Positions 42,075 through 51,316 of a stretch of 64,000 nt of DNA are shown in pieces; within the stretch, counting starts at the first letter, position 1; every line of letters begins with the position of its first letter. The notes under the pieces were generated by a model that made no database searches, was not told where the DNA came from, and was given only the letters and a program-made list of their open reading frames with translations. The position numbers and the translations under genes are program-made. Origin of the DNA: Acutalibacteraceae bacterium. Its GTDB lineage: Bacteria > Bacillota > Clostridia > Oscillospirales > Acutalibacteraceae. The DNA is taken from NCBI GenBank assembly GCA_045658165.1, contig JAZOUN010000115.1:1907-65906 (forward strand), written 5' to 3'.

Positions 42075-44726
42075 ATGAAAAAAAGCGTTTTGAGATTCAT
42101 TTCAGTCATTATGGCAGTGCTTATGGCTGTTGTTTATCTTCCGGCTGCAGAGCTTGAAAGCGTATTTGACATTGATGCATCTGCACTTGTAACAAGCGAC
42201 GTTTCACTCGGCGGAAATGTTAAATGGAAGTATGATTCAAAAACAAAAACAGTCACAGTATACGGCTCAGGTGCAATGAAAAATTTCAGCAACGGTGATA
42301 ACGGTCAGCGTTGGGATGAAATTTACAAAGCAACTGCAGAAAAACCTGTAAACAAAGCAACAAAGATTGTTATTGAAAACGGTGTTACAAGCATTGGTAA
42401 CAATGTGTTCAGAACACTCAACAATGTAACAAGCGTAACAATCCCCAATACAGTTACAAGCATCGGTCAGTCAGCTTTTGAAGGCTGTTCAGCACTTACA
42501 ACCGTAAACATTCCTTCAAGCGTAAAAACAATCGGCAACTATGCTTTCAAAAACACAAAATATGCCTCTGTAACTATTCCCTCAACTGTAACAAGCATAG
42601 GCAAAAATGCTTTTGACGGAATCTCAGGGCTTAAAATCACTTGTGATTACGGCAGTGCTGCTCACAGCTTCTGCAAAACAAATGCAAAGCCTTACAAACT
42701 CAGCTCAAACCTCTTTATTCTTGAAAGTGCACTTGATGCTGAAGCAAAACAGGTTATTGTAACTGTTAAAATCGCATATAATGTTGCAAAGCTCAACGCA
42801 GGCAACTTCACTCTTACATACAGTGATTCTGTTACACCTGCATTTACACAGATTGTAAATGATGAACAAGAAGGTGTTTTAACAGCGATTGTTAACAACG
42901 GTTCAGGAAAAGTATCTGTAGCACTTATCGCTGCCGATTATATATCATATGCAGCAAATGCAACCGAATGTTTATACACACTTGCTGAAATCAGATTTGA
43001 TGTCACAGGTACTGCTGACACAGCAACATTCTCAATTGCATCAGACATTCTTCTTATGAATGATGCAAGAACATCTCTCAAAACAGTATCAGGCAGCATC
43101 AACCTTCACAAATATACAGAAAGAACCGACGTTGTTGCAACCTGTAAGCAGGAAGGTAAAACAATAACTGAATGTTCAATCTGCGGAATTTCAACAGAAA
43201 CAACAATTCCCAAGAATGCAGCAAATCATGAAGGCGGAACTTCTGTTTCAGGTCAGAAAGATGCAACATGCGGCACAGCAGGTTACACAGGCGACACAAC
43301 ATGTAACGGCTGCAGTGCTGTTATAACAAAGGGTACTGAAATCCCTGCAACAGAAAAGCACACATACAAAAGTGCAGTTACTGCTCCCACATGTACAGAT
43401 ATAGGTTTCACAACTTACACATGTACTGTTTGTAAAAAAGCCTACACAGCAGATGAAGTTGCTGCAAAAGGTCATTCTTATGAATCAACAGTAACTCCCC
43501 CCACATGTACAGAAAACGGCTTCACAACTTACAAATGTACAGTCTGTGACCACACATATACAGACAGCATTGTTGAAGCTGCACATACATATGAAACACT
43601 GGTAACAGCTCCCACTTGTACAGAAAAAGGTTTCACAACCTACAAATGTACCGCATGTGATTACTCATACAATAGTGATGAAACAGATGTTATCCCCCAT
43701 GAATATAACGCTGTTGTAACTGCTCCCACTTGTCAGGCAGCAGGTTTCACAACTTACACTTGTAAAAATTGTGAACACTCATACATCGGTGATGAAACAG
43801 ACATGCTCAGCCACAACTACAATGCAGTTGTAACTGCTCCCACATGTACAGATAAAGGTTTCACAACATATACATGTACAGCTTGTTCATATTCTTATGT
43901 CGCTGACGAAAAAGATATTATCTCACACGATTATAAAGCAGTAGTGACTGCTCCCACTTGTCAGACAACAGGTTATACAACATATACATGTAAAAACTGC
44001 GGCAACAATTACAAAGATGCAGAAACTGCAGTTGCAGACCACAGTTATGAAATGACTGTAACAAAAGCTCCCACTTGTACAGAAAAAGGTTCAGCAGAGT
44101 ACAAATGTGCATTCTGCGACAATTCTTACACTGAGGAAATCCCCGTTACAGAACATGACTACAGCTCAGTTCTAACAGCTCCCACTTGTACAGAAAAAGG
44201 TTACACAACTTACACATGTGCTTGCGGTAATACATACACAGCAGATGAAACTCCCGCACTCGGTCACAATCTTGATGACGCAGGCAAATGTACAGTATGC
44301 GGTTTTGAATCAATCACAACTGTTGTTTTCGACAGTGACAGATTCATTGTAACTGACGAAGCAAAGGCAGTTATTTCAAAGGACTCAAAAACTGTTGCAG
44401 AGTTCAAAGCAGAAATCAAAAACGGCAACTGGACAGTTGTTGACGCTCAGGGTAATACAGTTGCAGATGACGAACTTATGATTCCCGGATACGTTCTCAA
44501 AAATGAAAACTCAGAACTTGCATACACTGTAATTGTTCTCGGTGACGCAAACCGTGACGGCACAATCACAGCATCAGACGCAAGAAAGGTTCTCCGTATA
44601 ACAGCAGAACTTGACGAGGTTCAGGAACTTGATGATATAATCGTTGACTGTGACTTCAATGAAAGAACAACAGCATCAGACGCAAGAATTATTCTGAGAG
44701 TTTCAGCAGATCTCCAGACATTCTGA
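42075..44726 (+). CDS. large surface protein: BspA-type leucine-rich repeats, cohesin-like domain, about 10 Cys3-His repeats, C-terminal dockerin
   Basis: Start taken at MKKSVLRF after AGGAGG. Five parts:
- signal peptide
- LRRs (IENGVTSIGNNVF.., IPNTVTSIGQSAFEGC.., IPSSVKTIGNYAF..)
- cohesin-like segment
- repeat units H-x-Y-x5-(A)PTC-x3-G-x3-Y-x-C-x2-C
- dockerin (GDANRDGTITASDARKVLRITA / NERTTASDARIILRVSADL). Confidence 0.8.
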   Translation: MKKSVLRFISVIMAVLMAVVYLPAAELESVFDIDASALVTSDVSLGGNVKWKYDSKTKTVTVYGSGAMKNFSNGDNGQRWDEIYKATAEKPVNKATKIVIENGVTSIGNNVFRTLNNVTSVTIPNTVTSIGQSAFEGCSALTTVNIPSSVKTIGNYAFKNTKYASVTIPSTVTSIGKNAFDGISGLKITCDYGSAAHSFCKTNAKPYKLSSNLFILESALDAEAKQVIVTVKIAYNVAKLNAGNFTLTYSDSVTPAFTQIVNDEQEGVLTAIVNNGSGKVSVALIAADYISYAANATECLYTLAEIRFDVTGTADTATFSIASDILLMNDARTSLKTVSGSINLHKYTERTDVVATCKQEGKTITECSICGISTETTIPKNAANHEGGTSVSGQKDATCGTAGYTGDTTCNGCSAVITKGTEIPATEKHTYKSAVTAPTCTDIGFTTYTCTVCKKAYTADEVAAKGHSYESTVTPPTCTENGFTTYKCTVCDHTYTDSIVEAAHTYETLVTAPTCTEKGFTTYKCTACDYSYNSDETDVIPHEYNAVVTAPTCQAAGFTTYTCKNCEHSYIGDETDMLSHNYNAVVTAPTCTDKGFTTYTCTACSYSYVADEKDIISHDYKAVVTAPTCQTTGYTTYTCKNCGNNYKDAETAVADHSYEMTVTKAPTCTEKGSAEYKCAFCDNSYTEEIPVTEHDYSSVLTAPTCTEKGYTTYTCACGNTYTADETPALGHNLDDAGKCTVCGFESITTVVFDSDRFIVTDEAKAVISKDSKTVAEFKAEIKNGNWTVVDAQGNTVADDELMIPGYVLKNENSELAYTVIVLGDANRDGTITASDARKVLRITAELDEVQELDDIIVDCDFNERTTASDARIILRVSADLQTF
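43107..44303 (+). repeat. in-frame tandem repeats of about 111-117 nt (37-39 aa), about 10 copies
   Basis: DNA motif recurs, for example gtaac(a/t)gctcccac(a/t)tgtacagaaaaaggtt(t/a)cacaac(c/t)tacaaatgta. Protein units include TYETLVTAPTCTEKGFTTYKCTACDYSYNSDETDVIPH and EYNAVVTAPTCQAAGFTTYTCKNCEHSYIGDETDMLSH. Confidence 0.85.
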
Positions 44727-44783
44727 TAAATCGTATAAAATCCGCGAAAACGGTAATTTATAAAAGAAAGGTGAACAAACACT

Positions 44784-45779
44784 ATGGCAATTATGACACT
44801 TTTAGATCCTTTATTCAGCACTCTTGCAGGTGTTATTCAGAAGTTTGCTTCTGTTATCCTTGCAATTATGATGAGTACAGGAAGCTTCGCAGCTCCTTCA
44901 ACAGACGATCCAATTCAGGCGCTCAATCCTGATGAAGTACAGCTTACATTCACAGCTGTCGGTGACTCTCAGGTAAATGCTTTCAACAACAACCGTATGT
45001 ACCTTGACGTTATGATGCAGGATATCGACAATGCTGCTACAACACAGAACGCTTTCGTTCTTGCAGGCGACATTACAGAAAACTGCCTCGAATCAGAATG
45101 GGCTATGGTAAACGAAATCTTCAGCAAGTACAATTACGGTGAACACCTTGTTCTTGCAACAGGTAACCACGACATCAGACTCCGTGATTACGAAGAATCA
45201 CTCGGCAGATTCACAGCTTGCTTCAACGCTTACGAAGAAGAAATAATTGATTCAATGAGCTACACAAAAGAAATCAACGGTTACACATTCGTTGTTATGG
45301 GTTCAGATAAATCAGTTATGGAAGAAGCATACATCAGCGATGCTCAGCTTGAATGGCTTGATGCTTCTCTTACAGAAGCTACAGCAGACGGCAAACCCGT
45401 ATTTGTTATTCTTCATCAGCCTCTCAAGAATTCTCACGGTCTTCCTATCCCCTGGGGTAACGGCACAAACAAGGATGCAGGTCATGTAGGCGATCAGAGT
45501 GAAGCAATTCAGGAAATCCTTGATTCACACAAGAATGTTATTCTTATCAGCGGTCACCTTCACCTTGGCATGGGCCAGTATACATATGAAAAGATCGGTG
45601 AAAACATTCACGCTGTAAACGTTCCTGCAGTAGGTAAGGGCAACGCAGACGGTGAATACAACGAATACTCAATCGGTTACGCTGTTGAAGTTTATGAAGA
45701 TGAAGTTATCTTCAGAGCAAGAGACTACGGCAAGGGCATGTATCTCCAGCAGTACGATGTTGTTATTCCTGTAGAATAA
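44784..45779 (+). CDS. secreted metallophosphoesterase (calcineurin-like)
   Basis: 331 aa with GDSQ, GDITEN, GNHD, HQP and GHLH motifs in canonical order. Confidence 0.8.
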   Translation: MAIMTLLDPLFSTLAGVIQKFASVILAIMMSTGSFAAPSTDDPIQALNPDEVQLTFTAVGDSQVNAFNNNRMYLDVMMQDIDNAATTQNAFVLAGDITENCLESEWAMVNEIFSKYNYGEHLVLATGNHDIRLRDYEESLGRFTACFNAYEEEIIDSMSYTKEINGYTFVVMGSDKSVMEEAYISDAQLEWLDASLTEATADGKPVFVILHQPLKNSHGLPIPWGNGTNKDAGHVGDQSEAIQEILDSHKNVILISGHLHLGMGQYTYEKIGENIHAVNVPAVGKGNADGEYNEYSIGYAVEVYEDEVIFRARDYGKGMYLQQYDVVIPVE

Positions 45780-45792
45780 TAAACAAAACGAA

Positions 45793-45829
45793 TAAAAAAA
45801 ACGACAACGAAATTCGTTGTCGTTTTTTA
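45793..45829. terminator. bidirectional terminator
   Basis: acgacaacga (45801-45810) pairs with tcgttgtcgt (45814-45823). A8 precedes it and T6 follows. Confidence 0.75.
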
Positions 45830-45830
45830 T

Positions 45831-47063
45831 TTATTTTGAAACCCGTGAAAAATACTTTTTCATAAAAAGTATAAGCACAATTCCTGCAACAGGGAAAAGC
45901 GACGCCATAAGCATACCTGCTTTCATGCCGATCTGTTCAGGTGTCAGTGCAACTGAATTGCTGAGATTTATTGCAAATTCACTTACGGTTACTTTATCCA
46001 CAACAACACCTAAAAGCTGAGGTGCAACAGATGCTCCGAAGTCTCCGCCTGCCGCCATAAGTGCATATGCCGCAACTCCCGGTGCGGGGAATTTTTCTTC
46101 CATAAGAATAAGTGTACCGGGCCAGAGCATTGATGTACACAAACCGGTGAGAATACAAGCAATCATTGAAATTATAATGTTTGAACTGAAACCTGCAGTA
46201 ATATAGCAGACACCTGCACCTATCATGCTGACAAGAAGAACATTTGAAATATTTTTGCCGTATTTCGCATAAAGTGTTCTTCCGATACCTAAAAGAATTG
46301 CGAATGAAGCCATTCCCGCAACGTCACCGACTATTTTGGGAATATTGAGCGCATTTTCAATATAACTGGAGATCCAGTTTGTCATTGAATTTTCAGCAGC
46401 ACTGCCGAGGAATATACAAAGCACACAAAGTGCCATTCCCGAATTCTTTTTCTTTCTGCCCTCATGTGAATCATGCGAAACATTAACATCAGGCATGGGT
46501 GATGTGCAGAAAAGAGCAAATGATACCACCGGCAGGAATGCCCAGAATAATGTAAGATACATCCAGTTCTCAGTACCGAAAACTTTAAGGAAAACAGTGC
46601 TTACAACAACCACAATCAGTACACCGTATGCGTAAAGTGAATGAAGTCTTGACATATCCCTGTCAGGATTATCCGAAGGAATTGAAGCCACAAGAGGACT
46701 CAGAAGAACTTCACTAAGACCTGCAGAAACAGAAAAAATCACAGTTCCCGTAACAAGACCAATATACGCATACTCAGGGAAAAGCATCGGCACAAGGGCA
46801 TAAATCACCATTCCGAGAGATGTCAGAAGAGGCATTACTCTTACAGACAGCTTAATATTGAAATATTTTGTAAAGAACGTAAATGCAAGGTCAATTAATA
46901 GCTGCGTACAGAAATTCACAAGTACAAGTGTGCCCAGCAGTGTGTACGAAACATTATATGTTTCATGGAATGTAACAAACAGAAGCGGCGGAAGTGAAAA
47001 AATTGATGCCATTGCAACATATGTAAAATAGCAGGCATTTCTTGTGCGTTTGAAATTTTTCAT
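45831..47063 (-). CDS. MFS transporter
   Basis: 410 aa with 12 hydrophobic segments. Confidence 0.75.
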   Translation of the reverse strand: MKNFKRTRNACYFTYVAMASIFSLPPLLFVTFHETYNVSYTLLGTLVLVNFCTQLLIDLAFTFFTKYFNIKLSVRVMPLLTSLGMVIYALVPMLFPEYAYIGLVTGTVIFSVSAGLSEVLLSPLVASIPSDNPDRDMSRLHSLYAYGVLIVVVVSTVFLKVFGTENWMYLTLFWAFLPVVSFALFCTSPMPDVNVSHDSHEGRKKKNSGMALCVLCIFLGSAAENSMTNWISSYIENALNIPKIVGDVAGMASFAILLGIGRTLYAKYGKNISNVLLVSMIGAGVCYITAGFSSNIIISMIACILTGLCTSMLWPGTLILMEEKFPAPGVAAYALMAAGGDFGASVAPQLLGVVVDKVTVSEFAINLSNSVALTPEQIGMKAGMLMASLFPVAGIVLILFMKKYFSRVSK

Positions 47064-47247
47064 AACTGCACCTCATCTTTACTTTTTTTTATAATTATAC
47101 ATTGTAACGTTATAAATGTAAATAAAATATTTAATTTTAATAAACAGTCTTTTTGCTGAATTCTATTTTTGGCTGTTTTTACTATTGCCATTATAATGCA
47201 GTATATAGTATTATATATAGGTAGAAAAAGATAAAGAAGGTATAACT

Positions 47248-49062
47248 TTGGATTTAAGAAATATAGCTATTATTGCTCATGTTGACCACGGTAAAACAAC
47301 ACTTGTTGACCAGATGCTTCATCAGAGCGGTACATTCAGAGCAAACGAACAGGTTGCAGAACGTGTTATGGACTCTAACGACCTTGAAAAAGAAAGAGGA
47401 ATCACAATCCTTTCAAAAAACACATCCGTTCATTACAAGGATGTTAAAATCAATATTATCGACACTCCCGGTCACGCTGACTTCGGCGGTGAAGTTGAAC
47501 GAATCATGATGATGGTTGACGGTGTGCTTCTTCTCGTTGACGCTTTCGAGGGTTGTATGCCCCAGACAAGATTTGTTCTTTCAAAGGCACTTGCTCTGGG
47601 CAAAAAGCCCCTTGTTGTTATCAACAAGATTGACCGTCCCGGTGCAAGACCTGCAGAAGTTGTTGACGAAGTGCTTGACCTTTTCATTGAGCTTGGCGCT
47701 GACGATGACCAGATTGAATTCCCCGTTGTTTATGCATCTGCAAGAGAAGGATATTCTTCACTTGATTCAGATGTACGTGAAGGCGATATGCAGCCTCTTC
47801 TTCAGGCAATCATTGACAATATCGATGCTCCCGAAGGCGATCCCGAACAGCCTTTGCAGCTTCTTTTCTCATCACTTGACTACGATGATTATGTAGGCAG
47901 AATCGGTGTCGGCAAAGTTGAAAGAGGTTCTGTCAAAATGGGTCAGAATGTTGTAATCTGCAAGCAGGACGGCACAACTCAGAACGTAAAAGTTTCAAGA
48001 CTTTATCAGTTTGAAGGACTCAGAAGAGCAGAAGTTGAATCTGCAAAAGCAGGTGACATTGTTGCTGTTTCCGGTATTGAAGGACTCAATATCGGTGAAA
48101 CAATCTGTTCTGTTGATTGTATCGATCCCCTTCCCTTCGTTAAAATAGATGAACCCACAATTTCAATGAACTTCATGGTCAATGACAGCCCCTTTGCAGG
48201 TCAGGAAGGTAAATTTGTTACTTCAAGAAACATCCGTGCAAGACTTTTCAAGGAAGTTGAAACAAACGTCAGCATGAGAGTTGAAGAAACAGAAACAACT
48301 GATTCATTCAAGGTTTCAGGCAGAGGTGAACTCCACCTTTCAATCCTTATTGAAACAATGAGAAGACAGGGCTACGAATTTGCTGTTTCACGTCCCAAGG
48401 TTATCCTCAAAAAAGGTGACAACGGTGAAACACTTGAACCTATGGAACTTCTTATTGTTGAAGTACCCGAAAACTATGTTGGTGCAGTAATGGAAAAAAT
48501 CGGTTCACGTAAAGGTGAGCTTGAAGATATGAGCATACGTGACGGCGGCACAACACATCTTGAATTCAAGATCCCCGCAAGAGGACTTATCGGATACAGA
48601 AGCGAATTCCTCACAGACACAAACGGTTACGGTGTTATGAACAATCTCTTTGCAGGTTATGAGCCTTTCAAGGGTGATATCCAGACTCGCGACAGAGGTT
48701 CAATTGTTGTTCACGAAACAGGTGAAAGCACAGCATACGGTCTTTTCAATACTCAGGACAGAGGCAGACTCTTCATCGGTCCCGGTGTTCCCGTTTATGA
48801 AGGCATGATCTGCGGTGAATGCGCAAAGAATGAAGACATCGTTTGTAACGTCTGCAAGAAGAAGCAGATGACAAACACACGTGCATCAGGTTCTGACGAT
48901 GCACTCCGTCTTGTTCCCCATTCAACACTCAGCCTTGAACAGAGCATGGAATTCCTCAGTGATGATGAAATCCTTGAGGTAACACCAAAGAGTCTCAGAC
49001 TCAGAAAGAAGATTCTTTCAAAGGAACTAAGAATGAAACAGCAGTTTAAAGGAAAGAAATAA
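47248..49062 (+). CDS. typA: translational GTPase TypA/BipA
   Basis: 604 aa with a TTG start after AGAAGG. Motifs: AIIAHVDHGKTTLVD and DTPGHADFGGEVER. Confidence 0.95.
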   Translation: MDLRNIAIIAHVDHGKTTLVDQMLHQSGTFRANEQVAERVMDSNDLEKERGITILSKNTSVHYKDVKINIIDTPGHADFGGEVERIMMMVDGVLLLVDAFEGCMPQTRFVLSKALALGKKPLVVINKIDRPGARPAEVVDEVLDLFIELGADDDQIEFPVVYASAREGYSSLDSDVREGDMQPLLQAIIDNIDAPEGDPEQPLQLLFSSLDYDDYVGRIGVGKVERGSVKMGQNVVICKQDGTTQNVKVSRLYQFEGLRRAEVESAKAGDIVAVSGIEGLNIGETICSVDCIDPLPFVKIDEPTISMNFMVNDSPFAGQEGKFVTSRNIRARLFKEVETNVSMRVEETETTDSFKVSGRGELHLSILIETMRRQGYEFAVSRPKVILKKGDNGETLEPMELLIVEVPENYVGAVMEKIGSRKGELEDMSIRDGGTTHLEFKIPARGLIGYRSEFLTDTNGYGVMNNLFAGYEPFKGDIQTRDRGSIVVHETGESTAYGLFNTQDRGRLFIGPGVPVYEGMICGECAKNEDIVCNVCKKKQMTNTRASGSDDALRLVPHSTLSLEQSMEFLSDDEILEVTPKSLRLRKKILSKELRMKQQFKGKK

Positions 49063-49073
49063 TTCAGAAACAT

Positions 49074-49110
49074 AAAAAAAGTCTCATCGGTAAACCGATG
49101 AGACTTTTTT
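49074..49110. terminator. bidirectional terminator
   Basis: gtctcatcgg (49081-49090) pairs with ccgatgagac (49095-49104). A7 precedes it and T6 follows. Confidence 0.75.
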
Positions 49111-51223
49111 ATGCTTTTTCCAGAAGTGTTCTGTAATTACTGTAATTTTCGTTCTGTTTTATTGTTTTGCATGCATCAAGCCAGGGCTTAGCAGCTGAGT
49201 AATAAACAGAATTCTGATGGGTTGCCTTTTTTATCATTTCCTTGACTTTTCTGTTGCGTGTTCTGCAACTTGCAACAGCATTACGGTGTACGCTTATGTC
49301 TTCACCGTTTTCTTTTGCATTTTTCATACCTTTAAGAGCATTCTGAAGCGCAACTTCTGCATTGTACTCCTCTTTGTAAAGCTCCTCAAGAACAGAATAA
49401 TCAAATTCCTTTATACCGTCGGGGAAATAACGTTTTACCGCTTTTGCAGAATACTTTATATCGCGGTACATCTTTTTTGCAAAGCTGCGGATAGCTTTTT
49501 CTTCTGCAGTGACACAGGGCATACTGCGGATATCTGCCTTTGTTACAACTTCTGCTGAAATGTATCCTGCAAGTCCTGCCGCTGCAATTTTTTCAGCAAG
49601 AGAAAGTGCATATCTGCCCTCAGCAGTGTTGTAACGGTTAAGCTCCTGCATTATGAACTTTGAAATTTCAATTTCTTCATTTTCCGCTTTTGCTTCTTTT
49701 GTTTTGCCTGCCGATACAGACTTGTTACTGAAAATCTGCGCATTTTCTATAATACCGGCAACCTCACTGCGTGCTTCTTCCGTCAGAGAATCGGTATCTC
49801 TGTCTTCAAATGCAGCTCTTATACGAAGCACTCGCATCATAGCTTTCTGTTTTGTTTCGGTAAAGTCATAGAAGAACATGGGAATTACATTCATTACCGC
49901 ACCTATAACAGACGCAATAACAAGAACACTGCTGATATTTACAAAATACTCATGATTATAAAGTACATCATAAACATTGTTTGCACTGTAACCGAGGGAA
50001 ACGGCTGTCTGAGCGTTGAGTCCTACCTTGTCATAAATTATCGGAAGCACACCGCTTGTTACCATACTGATTACATTACCGATAAGTCCTACAGCGGCAA
50101 ACATACCGTCAATTCTCTCTCCCGAAATATACTGCTGATAATCTCTTATATCTGCATTGATACTGGGAGTAATAAGATGACCGAGAGATGTTATAAACTG
50201 ATTTACAAATGAGCAGAAAAGCAGCATCCATATTATATTTGCAGTACCGGTCATACGTACAACGGGAAGCATAAGTGCAATAAGCCCGATATTGAGAACA
50301 TTTGAGAAAATTATAATTTTCTTCTTACCGTATTTTCTGATAAAAAACGGAGCCACAATATTCGGCCAGAAAGAGGCATTACCTGCAATTGCGGTAATTA
50401 CGGCATACTGCCCTGCTGAACAGGCTGACTGATAGTGATACATCCAACCCATTATACTTGCAAAGGAGCCTTCAAGAAATCCCATCCAACCTGCAAGAGA
50501 AATTATCCAGAAATATTTGTTTGATGCAACTGCTCTGAATGCATCTGAAAAACGAACCTGAACAATATGCTTTTTAGGTCTTACAATTTTTTCTTCCGTA
50601 TTGACATAAGCCACAATCGAAATAAGGAATCCTGCAAAAAGCAGAGGCGGAAACAGAATTCTGTAAACTCTTAAATCATAAAGAGTATCCTGCCCTGTTA
50701 TGAGTTTTGCAACAATGGGGAAAAATATATTTGCAATTGAGGGTGAAAGATTTTCAACAATACAACGTATTGAAAGCACGTCTGAACGCTCAATTGAATT
50801 GGGGGAAAGAACATTTATAAGGCTGTCGTAAGCATCGGTCATAAAGTTGAAGAAGAACTGAAAACCGATGTTACAAAGAAGTACCCAGAAACATTTCCAG
50901 AAAAGAGTCATGCTCTCATAGGGAAGCATAATCATAAAAATACCGATAATAACAGTGGGAATACCCATTGTTATTATGTACGGACGGTATTTACCTTTCA
51001 TGCTTCGGGTATTGTCTATCATATTTGCTCTGATACCTGTCAGCGGAAATGATGAAAGCAGACCGATAATATAAATTATATAAAGTGACTTTGCATCAAT
51101 ACCGATTGTATTGCCGAGCAATGTATTATTTGTGGCAATTATCATCTGACTGATACAATGAACAATAAGTTTTACACCTATACCGCCCACTGACAGTGAA
51201 GTGATTTCCTTTATGCTCATATA
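49109..51223 (-). CDS. GPH/MFS-type sugar transporter with a cytoplasmic C-terminal extension of about 250 aa
   Basis: ORF track gives 49109..51307 (GTG start). The ATG at 51223 (MSIKEITSL) follows GAAGG with good spacing. 12 TM-like segments are followed by a long charged helical tail. Confidence 0.7.
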   Translation of the reverse strand, partial: YMSIKEITSLSVGGIGVKLIVHCISQMIIATNNTLLGNTIGIDAKSLYIIYIIGLLSSFPLTGIRANMIDNTRSMKGKYRPYIITMGIPTVIIGIFMIMLPYESMTLFWKCFWVLLCNIGFQFFFNFMTDAYDSLINVLSPNSIERSDVLSIRCIVENLSPSIANIFFPIVAKLITGQDTLYDLRVYRILFPPLLFAGFLISIVAYVNTEEKIVRPKKHIVQVRFSDAFRAVASNKYFWIISLAGWMGFLEGSFASIMGWMYHYQSACSAGQYAVITAIAGNASFWPNIVAPFFIRKYGKKKIIIFSNVLNIGLIALMLPVVRMTGTANIIWMLLFCSFVNQFITSLGHLITPSINADIRDYQQYISGERIDGMFAAVGLIGNVISMVTSGVLPIIYDKVGLNAQTAVSLGYSANNVYDVLYNHEYFVNISSVLVIASVIGAVMNVIPMFFYDFTETKQKAMMRVLRIRAAFEDRDTDSLTEEARSEVAGIIENAQIFSNKSVSAGKTKEAKAENEEIEISKFIMQELNRYNTAEGRYALSLAEKIAAAGLAGYISAEVVTKADIRSMPCVTAEEKAIRSFAKKMYRDIKYSAKAVKRYFPDGIKEFDYSVLEELYKEEYNAEVALQNALKGMKNAKENGEDISVHRNAVASCRTRNRKVKEMIKKATHQNSVYYSAAKPWLDACKTIKQNENYSNYRTLLEKA

Positions 51224-51316
51224 TCTGCCTTCAGGAGGAGTTTTCCAGTTATTTCTGAACAAGCCGAGTGCATTGTTTGCCGTCTGTTTTATATTCAAGC
51301 AAAACACATCCTTAAA

